Part shown: positions 18,859 to 25,990 of the stretch, in pieces
How positions within the stretch are numbered: position 1 is the first letter of the stretch
Layout: each line of letters begins with the position of its first letter
Source of the DNA: an uncultured Bacilli bacterium
GTDB taxonomy: Bacteria; Bacillota_I; Bacilli_A; RF39; UBA660
Length of the DNA stretch: 51,258 nt
Assembly (NCBI GenBank): GCA_934091015.1
Contig: CAKOKM010000002.1
Span: 1-51,258, forward strand
Reading direction: 5' to 3'
Position numbers and translations under genes: made by a program
Notes under the pieces: generated by a model
Told to the model about the DNA's origin: nothing
Databases searched by the model: none
Seen by the model: the letters and a program-made list of their open reading frames with translations, nothing else

Positions 18859-20635
18859 ATGGATTTAAGTAAAGAATTAAAATATATAAAGAAAAAATAT
18901 GGTGAAAAAATGATGCATTATTGTAGGGAATGTTTTCCTACAATTTTAAATGTGTCTGGTAAATTAATTGAAATATTAAATACTCATTTTTATTATGTTA
19001 GAGATAGTTTATATAATGATATCGTAAATAATCATAAAGAAGAAGAATTTAATGATTATGTTTATAGTAAAGCTGGATTAAAAAATGAATATGATATTAA
19101 GGATGTAAGTAAAACGCCTAAAGAATTATTAAATGATGTGGGTTATGATTTTTATGAATGTAAGAGCGTAGAAGATATTATGAACTTCAAAAAATATTAT
19201 GCTTCAAAGGAAGATTTATGTACTTTTTGGAGTCCCGATTCGAGATTAAAAAGATTTTTTGTTTTCTTTGCAGTTAAGAAAAATGCTTTAGATATTAAAA
19301 GAGAGGAATTTGTTATTCCTGATAGAGAAGATGAATATGGAACTAGTGTAATATCAATTCAGTTTTCTAGAGATAAATATAATCATCTATCAATTAAAAA
19401 TCGATATAATGAATCGGTTAATAATCCAGATTCTACTTTTAATAATAATTTAGATAATATTGTACCGGGACTAACAATGAGTTTTTATAAAACTTATGAT
19501 ATTAAAGAAGTATATTTTGAAAATGCTGAATTTCAAATGGAAAATTATATAAGTGTTAATGAAGAATATTTTAAGTTTAACTATAAATTAAATGATATAT
19601 ATTATTGTACAAATAATGTAATAGTTGATAATGGTAATGTGATTAGATATGATCCTGAAAAATATATAATAATGGATTATTTTATAATTGATTTAGTTAA
19701 TAAAAAGGTAGATGTTTTTGATAGTAAACTAAGAGATAGTTTTAGCGAAGTTATTGGTAAAATTAAAAATATTGAAATTGTTAGGGGAGGAAAAGATAAG
19801 AAGGTATATATTACAAACGAGGAAGACAATATTTTTGAACTTACTTTGTCTTTTGATAATAAATTGATTGGAATAAAAGATAATATGATAGATAAATTAC
19901 CTGATCGTTTCTTGATTTCAGGTCAATATCTTAAAAATATGGAATTTAATAATGTTAGAGAGATTGGTAATGATGTGTTATATGCTAATATGGATTTAGA
20001 ATATTTTAATTTAAGTAAGGCAGAAGTTATCGGAAATTATTTCTTAGCTAATAATATTAAATTAACGAATGTTGATTTAAATAAAACTATAATGATTGGT
20101 GATGATTTTTTAAAGAGAAATATTATAGTTGAAAGTATAAATTTTGATTCACTAAAAAGAGTAGGAAACAGTTTTATGTTTTCTAATAGAGGGTTAAGTT
20201 AGAGGGTTAAGTTCAATTGTATTACCTAATTTAAGTTATACTGGTAAATGTTTCTTTAAATTAAACGATAAGGTCTTATTTGCTTCTTTTCCTTCTCTTC
20301 AAGAAACTGGTGATTTTTTTATGAATGATGCTAAAAACTTAAGAATGTTTGAAGCAGATAATTTGAGAGTTACTGGTGATATGTTTATGATGGCTAATAA
20401 AGAACTTGATTATATATCACTACCAAATTTAATTAAAACTGGTAAATTGTTTTTAGCTGCTAATCAGATTATAATGAGTGTTAATTTACCAAATCTTTCT
20501 TATTTACCGAAATATTTTTTACGTAATGCGGGAGAACTGGAAAGTATAACATTAGCAGATAATTGTAGTTGGGATGATATTTATAATAAAAAGTTATTAG
20601 AATTAATGCATGAGAAGAAGGGAAAAACTTTATGA
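18859..20635 (+). pseudogene. LRR-containing protein gene split by a 13-bp tandem duplication
   Basis: ORFs 18859-20202 and 20321-20635 lie in frames 1 and 2. Removing one 13-bp copy fuses them into a single 587-aa ORF, and the roughly 22-aa BspA-like LRR periodicity continues across the junction. Confidence 0.7.
20188..20213 (+). repeat. perfect 13-bp tandem duplication (AGAGGGTTAAGTT x2)
   Basis: 20188-20200 is identical to 20201-20213. The junction creates the TAG stop at 20200-20202. Confidence 0.9.
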
Positions 20636-20910
20636 TAAAATTGTTAATTAATAAAATTGATGGTTATAATTATTATTTAAATGATGTTAATTCAAATGAT
20701 AGCTATGTTATTAATATAGAGTTTTATGGTAATAAACCTGCTGTTAATGACTATTTATATTTGAATTATCCATTAACTAAAGAAAAAATACTTAATATTG
20801 GTCCGTTAACAAGTGAATGTGGAAATGAAGTATTAAGTGAAGATGATGATGATTTTGTTAAACTTGAAAATGATGGTAAAATTATTTATTTAAAGAGAAT
20901 ATATGGTTAA
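20632..20910 (+). CDS. hypothetical protein
   Basis: 92-aa ORF with an ATGA overlap onto the preceding ORF. Confidence 0.45.
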   Translation: MIKLLINKIDGYNYYLNDVNSNDSYVINIEFYGNKPAVNDYLYLNYPLTKEKILNIGPLTSECGNEVLSEDDDDFVKLENDGKIIYLKRIYG

Positions 20911-20955
20911 AACTGTTAAAATTAGCAGTTTTTTCTTTTTTAATGATTTTAATAC

Positions 20956-20984
20956 TTGATTTATGTTAAAAAATATTATAGAAT
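20956..20984 (+). promoter_or_regulatory. promoter of tRNA-Arg
   Basis: TTGATT, 17 nt, then TAGAAT, ending 21 nt before the tRNA. Confidence 0.5.
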
Positions 20985-21005
20985 TAATTTGTTCATTTGA
21001 GATAT

Positions 21006-21082
21006 GTCCCCGTAGCTCAGCTGGATAGAGCATACGCCTTCTAAGCGTACGGTCGCGCGTTCGAATCGCGCCGGAGACACCA
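21006..21082 (+). tRNA. tRNA-Arg (anticodon TCT), CCA encoded
   Basis: Cloverleaf features are visible: GTAGCTCAGCTGGATAGAGC D-arm, anticodon loop CTTCTAA, GTTCGAATC T-arm. There is one C-A mismatch in the acceptor stem. Confidence 0.9.
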
Positions 21083-21160
21083 TATATTGATATTAAGCTC
21101 TTGGTATAAGGGCTTTTTTCGTGTGATAAGGTTTTGCGTTAGTTAACTCAGAAAATAAAA

Positions 21161-21189
21161 TTGAAAAATAAAGATAATTATGCTACAAT
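21161..21189 (+). promoter_or_regulatory. promoter of sRNA (type I TA-like locus 1)
   Basis: TTGAAA, 17 nt, then TGcTACAAT (an extended -10). Confidence 0.6.
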
Positions 21190-21194
21190 GAATA

Positions 21195-21311
21195 TGTAAG
21201 GAAAACTTACATAAAATAAAAAGAGGAACATTCTATTCTGTAAGTGAATGCCGTCTCTAAAAAATAGTGTTGACACTCAATCAGAGATGAAAGAGTGTCA
21301 TATTTTTATTG
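21195..21311 (+). ncRNA. candidate antisense sRNA, locus 1
   Basis: 5' hairpin ATGTAAG-gaaaa-CTTACAT. The terminator GACACTC-n14-GAGTGTC plus T-run overlaps the 3' end of the opposite-strand peptide ORF. Confidence 0.5.
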
Positions 21312-21390
21312 CTATTACCAATATGGTAAGGAGTAATAAATTGATAGCAATAAGACGAAGGACTTTTATTATAAAAGTTCTTTTCTTCAT
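21298..21390 (-). CDS. 30-aa hydrophobic peptide, type I toxin-like (MKKRTFIIKVLRLIAINLLLLTILVIAIKI)
   Basis: ATG lies 5 nt after AAAGGAGGG. The 5' UTR carries an anti-SD sequence (TCCTCC). Basic N-terminus followed by one TM helix. Not in the ORF track. Confidence 0.55.
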   Translation of the reverse strand: MKKRTFIIKVLRLIAINLLLLTILVIAIKI

Positions 21391-21452
21391 TGTATCCCTC
21401 CTTTCTTTCTTAAGATTGGAGGACGACACTCACATCAAATGTTCCTGATAAA

Positions 21453-21481
21453 ATTATATAATAAGTAAATTTATAAAACAA
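21453..21481 (-). promoter_or_regulatory. promoter of the locus 1 peptide mRNA
   Basis: Minus-strand TTGTTT, 17 nt, then TATAAT. The predicted start is at AGGAACATTT. Confidence 0.5.
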
Positions 21482-21645
21482 GCGAACAGATGGAAGTTTT
21501 TGTTAAAAAAATTATGTATTAAAAATTATTAAACACACTTTTAAAAGTTAGAAAATTCACGAAAAGTTAGAAAATCTAAAAATTATTCTTTAATTTAAAT
21601 TTAGTTTATGGTAAGATATTATTATAGTACGAGGAGGAATTATTT

Positions 21646-22044
21646 ATGGGTTTAAAAATAAGTAATTTATTTAAGGAAGAAACTGAAAAAGATAACAGTG
21701 TTGAAGAAGAATTTTATTCAATTAGTGAAAAAAACTATAAAGAAGAAGAAGCAAATAGTGGAAGTAAAATGATACTTGTAGAACCTAGAGCTTATTCAGA
21801 AAGTCAAACAATTGCTGATCATTTAAAGAAACGCAATAGTGTTGTTGTTAATTTGAAGAGAGTTACTAGTGAACAAGCTAAAAGAATTATTGATTTTTTA
21901 ACTGGATGTATTTATGCTATTGGTGGAGATTTACAAAAATTAGGTAACGGAATTTATTTATGTACTCCAAAAAATGTATCTGTACAGGGTAAAATGAGTG
22001 AAAATGAAAAAGTTAAAAAAGTAGAGGATGAAATAGATTTTTAA
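21646..22044 (+). CDS. sepF: cell division protein SepF
   Basis: Conserved C-terminal block (LVEPRAYSESQTIADHLKKRNSVVVNL...AKRIIDFLTG...GG). Confidence 0.85.
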   Translation: MGLKISNLFKEETEKDNSVEEEFYSISEKNYKEEEANSGSKMILVEPRAYSESQTIADHLKKRNSVVVNLKRVTSEQAKRIIDFLTGCIYAIGGDLQKLGNGIYLCTPKNVSVQGKMSENEKVKKVEDEIDF

Positions 22045-22063
22045 TTAATAGGGATGTGATTAT

Positions 22064-22501
22064 ATGGAAAAGTTTAGCACATCAAAAGATGGTTATAATA
22101 AAGAAGAAGTTAATAAATTCGTAAATGATGTTATAACTGAAGTTGAGTCTATGCTTAACAAAATGAAACAAAAAGATAAAGAGATTAGTGAACTTACGAA
22201 ATCTCTTGAAAAATATAATAATTTAGAACTTGTATTAGATAAGACAATATTAATGGCAGAAGACAGTTCTAATCAAATGAAGAAGTTAGCTAAGGAAGAA
22301 GCAGATAATTTAATAAATGATGCTAAAAAGAATGCTTCTCGTATAGTTAATGAAGCATTAATGCAAGCAGAAAAGACTGAACTTGAAAGTATAAGATTAA
22401 AAAGAAATATTATTACTTTTAAAAAGAAACTTAAAGTATTATTAGAACAGCAGATTGATTTAGCTGATGAAATCGATAAAATAGATTTAGATGATAATTA
22501 A
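22064..22501 (+). CDS. divIVA: DivIVA-family protein
   Basis: N-terminal F..S..GYNKEEVNKFV motif followed by a coiled coil. Lies downstream of sepF. Confidence 0.85.
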   Translation: MEKFSTSKDGYNKEEVNKFVNDVITEVESMLNKMKQKDKEISELTKSLEKYNNLELVLDKTILMAEDSSNQMKKLAKEEADNLINDAKKNASRIVNEALMQAEKTELESIRLKRNIITFKKKLKVLLEQQIDLADEIDKIDLDDN

Positions 22502-22520
22502 CCTTTTTAAAGGTTTTTTA
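22500..22520 (+). terminator. rho-independent terminator of divIVA
   Basis: AACCT-tttTaa-AGGTT followed by a T-run. Confidence 0.55.
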
Positions 22521-22532
22521 TTTTGAAATTCA

Positions 22533-22569
22533 TTCCGAATTTTTTCGCATTTGCGAACTTTTTCGGAGT
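22533..22569. repeat. degenerate copy of the 36-nt palindrome (left flank of the ATPase gene)
   Basis: TTCCGAATTTTTTCGCATTTGCGAACTTTTTCGGAGT. Its right arm plus centre are identical to the copy at 23955-23990. Confidence 0.8.
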
Positions 22570-22607
22570 ATAAAAAATAGATATAATTTTAATATATATC
22601 TATTTTG

Positions 22608-23876
22608 TTATTGATTTAAACTATCTTCATTTAAAAGAAAGTAATATATTCCCATTGTTATAATCCCATTATCATCCATTCTAGGTTTACTTACATCTCC
22701 AGTAATAATTATTTTTTTAAATGAATCATTGATATTTAATAAAGATTTTTGTTCCTGAACTTTTTTTGAATCACTATTTATTTCAAATGATGATTGAATA
22801 TATATTCTTTTGCTACCCTGATTACAAACAAAGTCAACTTCATATTGTGGTTTAACTCTTACACCAAAATTATTTGTTTCATTTACTTCCACAACACCAA
22901 CATCAACATTATATCCCCTTCTTAAAAGTTCATTATATATAATATTTTCCATAGTATGACCTTTATCTATTTGTCTAAAATTTAATCTAGCATTTCTTAA
23001 ACCAATATCTTCAAAATAATATTTGTATGGGGTGTTTATGTATTTTTTACCTTTTATATCATATCTTTCAGCTTTTGTTATTAAAAATGAATCAATAAAA
23101 TATTCTAAATAATTACTTATAGTTTTATCACTTAAAATCATATTTTTTTCACTTTTAAATGTATTTTGAAGATTATGTGGATTTGTTAAAGAACCTATTT
23201 GAGAAGATATTATATTCAATAATTCGTTTAGTTCTTCTATATTATTAATTTTATTTCTTTCAATTATATCTCTTATATATGTTTCTTCAAATAATTCTTT
23301 TAAATATTTTGATCTTTCATTATCGTTATCAAATGATAGAGTATAAGGTAAGCCACCATATATACTATATTGCTCATATCCTTGATATTGATCTCCATCA
23401 AACACTTCCATATATTCTTTAAAACTTAAAGGATATATATGTATTTCATCTCCACGACCTCTAAATTCAGTTACTACATCTTTAGATAGTAGTTTTGCAT
23501 TAGAACCAGTTACATATACTTCTATATTATCTTCATATAAAAATGTATTTAATACAGGTACAAAGTCTTTCATTAATTGAACTTCATCTATTAATATATA
23601 ATATTTCTTACTATCTTTTATTAATGTTCTTATATACTTAATAAAATTATTACCATCTAATAGATATTCATTTTCTTTAATATCTAATGGAATATAAATG
23701 ATGTGATCTTTATCATTATTTTTTAATAAGTATTTATAAAAAATATTTCTTAATAGATATGATTTGCCACATCTTCTAATTCCTGTAATAACTTTAATTT
23801 GTCCATTACCATCTTTTTTTATAAGTTGGTTAAGATAAAAATCTCTTTTAATTTCTTTCATATTAATTAATTTCAA
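22608..23876 (-). CDS. AAA-family ATPase (AAA_14/DUF4143-like architecture)
   Basis: Walker A GIRRCGKSYLL and Walker B ILIDEVQ. C-terminal region as in DUF4143 ATPases (from memory). Confidence 0.75.
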   Translation of the reverse strand: MKLINMKEIKRDFYLNQLIKKDGNGQIKVITGIRRCGKSYLLRNIFYKYLLKNNDKDHIIYIPLDIKENEYLLDGNNFIKYIRTLIKDSKKYYILIDEVQLMKDFVPVLNTFLYEDNIEVYVTGSNAKLLSKDVVTEFRGRGDEIHIYPLSFKEYMEVFDGDQYQGYEQYSIYGGLPYTLSFDNDNERSKYLKELFEETYIRDIIERNKINNIEELNELLNIISSQIGSLTNPHNLQNTFKSEKNMILSDKTISNYLEYFIDSFLITKAERYDIKGKKYINTPYKYYFEDIGLRNARLNFRQIDKGHTMENIIYNELLRRGYNVDVGVVEVNETNNFGVRVKPQYEVDFVCNQGSKRIYIQSSFEINSDSKKVQEQKSLLNINDSFKKIIITGDVSKPRMDDNGIITMGIYYFLLNEDSLNQ

Positions 23877-23954
23877 TCTTAAGTTTAATTTAGATTGAGT
23901 TCCTTTCCTACATATAAATTATACAATTTCTTTGAAGTATTGTAAATGAATTTA

Positions 23955-23990
23955 CTCCGAAAAAGTTCGCATTTGCGAACTTTTTCGGAG
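23955..23990. repeat. perfect 36-nt palindrome (right flank of the ATPase gene)
   Basis: CTCCGAAAAAGTTCGCA-tt-TGCGAACTTTTTCGGAG, with 17-nt arms. Confidence 0.9.
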
Positions 23991-24035
23991 TGAGATCTTA
24001 AACTAATTAATTTATTTAGTAAATCATATAATTAA

Positions 24036-24743
24036 TTGGTGATGTTTTTGTTAAGTTATATACTATTTTTATTAAAAGGATGTGCTTTGTTTACGGGTTC
24101 TTATTCGGTTAATGTATTTCCAAGTACTTTAAATAAGAAAGATGAAGAAAAGTATTTAAATCAAATGGCAATGGGAGATAAAGATGCTAGGAGTAAACTA
24201 ATAGAACATAATTTAAGATTAGTTGCTCATATTGTTAAAAAATATGAGAATTCTTCATATGATCCTGATGATTTAATATCAATTGGTACTATTGGGCTAG
24301 TTAAGGGAATTGATTCTTATAAAATGAATAAGAAAGTTAAGTTAACTACTTATGCAGCTAGATGTATCGAAAATGAAATATTAATGCATTTAAGAAGCAA
24401 TAAAAAACATTTAAATAATGTATCTTTAAATGATTCTTTAGGTTATGATAAAGATGGCAATGAGATTAATTTGATAGATGTTATTAAAATGGAAAATAAG
24501 GATATAACAGAAGAAATTAATACTAAAGATAATGTAGAATTATTATATAAATATATTAATAAATTAACGAAGAGAGAAAAAGAAATAATAATTAGAAGAT
24601 ATGGCTTATTTAACAATAAAGAAATGACTCAAAAAGAAATTGCTAAAGAAATGATGATATCTAGAAGTTATGTATCAAGAATTGAAAAAAGAGCTATTAG
24701 TAAAATATTAAAAGAATTTATTAAAAGTAATAAAACTTTGTGA
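24036..24743 (+). CDS. sigK: pro-sigma-K sporulation sigma factor, uninterrupted
   Basis: Hydrophobic pro-sequence, then VFPSTL..EE.KYL, LIEHNLRLVAHIVKKYEN, TYAARCIENEILMHLR and ISRSYVSRIEKRA. The start is ambiguous (TTG 24036, ATG 24042 or TTG 24048). Confidence 0.85.
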   Translation: MVMFLLSYILFLLKGCALFTGSYSVNVFPSTLNKKDEEKYLNQMAMGDKDARSKLIEHNLRLVAHIVKKYENSSYDPDDLISIGTIGLVKGIDSYKMNKKVKLTTYAARCIENEILMHLRSNKKHLNNVSLNDSLGYDKDGNEINLIDVIKMENKDITEEINTKDNVELLYKYINKLTKREKEIIIRRYGLFNNKEMTQKEIAKEMMISRSYVSRIEKRAISKILKEFIKSNKTL

Positions 24744-25252
24744 TTGTAGTTAATTGTTATATCAGATTTTTTAAAGTAAAATTATCATGTCTAAACTTTT
24801 CTGTAATTATTTTTTGATTTATTCATATTTATTTTAAATTTTTTAATGCTTATAAAACGTTAATGATTATTGTGTTCTCATTACGAAAAAAGGTACAAAA
24901 CGGAAAAAATTCGTAATGGATGGTATAGGAATATAAATAGAGATTATTGTTACTAAAGATGGAGTTGGTTCATATATAAATGATGATGGTATACTATTTT
25001 TAAATATTTATGAATTCTTATTAAATGAAAATAGTTTAGAAATATAAAAAGTTAGATTTGCAGTAAATACATATAAAATGAAACGAAATAATAAACTTAA
25101 AAAATTTTTACTTTGAGAATTAAATATATTGTATATTGCAACTTAAATGCATATGGTATAGACATTTTCTAAAAAGTATGGTAAATTATTCGTACATAAG
25201 CAATTATGTTATGCAAATTGTTGCATATAATATTAGTGCAACATGTTGTTAT

Positions 25253-25365
25253 AAAAAAGCTAGTGATTCCCACTAAGAGAGGAACTTAAAAAAGAAGTGA
25301 TTCCGGCTTAGACAGGAACTTAAAAAAGAAGCGATTCCGGCTTAAATAGGAACTTAAAAAAGAAA
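25253..25365 (+). ncRNA. toxI: type III antitoxin RNA: about three tandem 34-35-nt repeats (ToxI/antiQ-like)
   Basis: Repeats at 25253-25287 (35 nt, divergent), 25288-25321 and 25322-25355 (34 nt each), then a partial fourth. Each begins AAAAAAG and ends GGAACTT. Confidence 0.8.
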
Positions 25366-25387
25366 CTAGAGAGCTTACTCTAGTTTT
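25363..25387 (+). terminator. hairpin between the antitoxin repeats and toxN
   Basis: AAACTAGAG-agctta-CTCTAGTTT followed by TTATT. This is the position of the attenuating terminator in known ToxIN loci. Confidence 0.6.
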
Positions 25388-25406
25388 ATTAAACTTTAGG
25401 GGGATT

Positions 25407-25922
25407 ATGGATAAGTTATTTTTAGTTAAGATAGATTATAAATATTGTAACTATTTAAGAAAGTTTGATAATAAAGTGCCATATAATATGGATAAAAAAG
25501 AATTGAGACCCTTTATTGGCGTTTTATTTGAAATAAATAAATGTAAATATTTTGCGCCATTATCAAGCCCAAAAGAAAAACATAAAACAATGAGAAGCAG
25601 TATTGATTTCTTAAAAATTGATAATGGTAATCTTGGAGCTATTAATTTTAATAATATGATACCAGTTGCTAATAGCAATATTATTTACTTAAATTTAAAT
25701 GAAAAACCAAAAGATAAGAAAGAAGCAAAATATTATAAATTACTTACTGAACAATTATTTTGGTTAAATCGTAATGATGTAAAAGTATTTAAAAGATCAA
25801 GAAATTTATATGATAAATATAAAAATAAAGATTTAAATGAGAATATAATTAAAAGATGCTGCAATTTCCCTCTACTTGAAGAAAAATGTAAAGAATATAA
25901 TAATATAGAACAAAAAGTTTAA
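25407..25922 (+). CDS. toxN: ToxN/AbiQ-family type III toxin endoribonuclease
   Basis: 171 aa. The blocks YLRKFDNKVP, FIGVLFEINKCKYFAPLSSPKEKH, LGAINFNNMIP and CCNFPLLEEKCKEY match my recollection of ToxN. RBS GGGGGA. Confidence 0.85.
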   Translation: MDKLFLVKIDYKYCNYLRKFDNKVPYNMDKKELRPFIGVLFEINKCKYFAPLSSPKEKHKTMRSSIDFLKIDNGNLGAINFNNMIPVANSNIIYLNLNEKPKDKKEAKYYKLLTEQLFWLNRNDVKVFKRSRNLYDKYKNKDLNENIIKRCCNFPLLEEKCKEYNNIEQKV

Positions 25923-25990
25923 ACAAATACCTTAAAAGTATTTGTTTTATTTTAGATTTTAAGTATAATTATATTCAAGGGTGATTAATA

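Noticed and set aside
21248-21448. Plus-strand 66-aa ORF from the track in the tRNA-Arg downstream region.
   Set aside because: It has no Shine-Dalgarno sequence. It spans the sRNA terminator and the opposite-strand RBS. The minus-strand 30-aa ORF with a consensus RBS and the convergent promoters explain the region better.
21543-21575. Direct repeat AAAAGTTAGAAAAT x2 with 19-nt spacing, upstream of sepF.
   Set aside because: It is short and A-rich, has no associated structure or ORF, and is plausibly chance or a minor promoter-region duplication.
24036-24743. A skin-like element interrupting sigK.
   Set aside because: The ORF is continuous and covers all sigma-K regions from the pro-sequence to region 4, so there is no interruption.
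24744-25135. Coding potential in the long gap after sigK, for example a 37-codon open frame ending at about 25045 (…DGVGSYINDDGILFLNIYEFLLNENSLEI).
   Set aside because: It has no start codon or RBS. At best it is a gene remnant, and there is not enough evidence to call a pseudogene.
25253-25365. A CRISPR array as an explanation for the tandem repeats here and at 4464-4563.
   Set aside because: The repeats are directly adjacent with no unique spacers, there are only 2-3 units, and no cas genes are present. The architecture fits tandem RNA repeats, not CRISPR.
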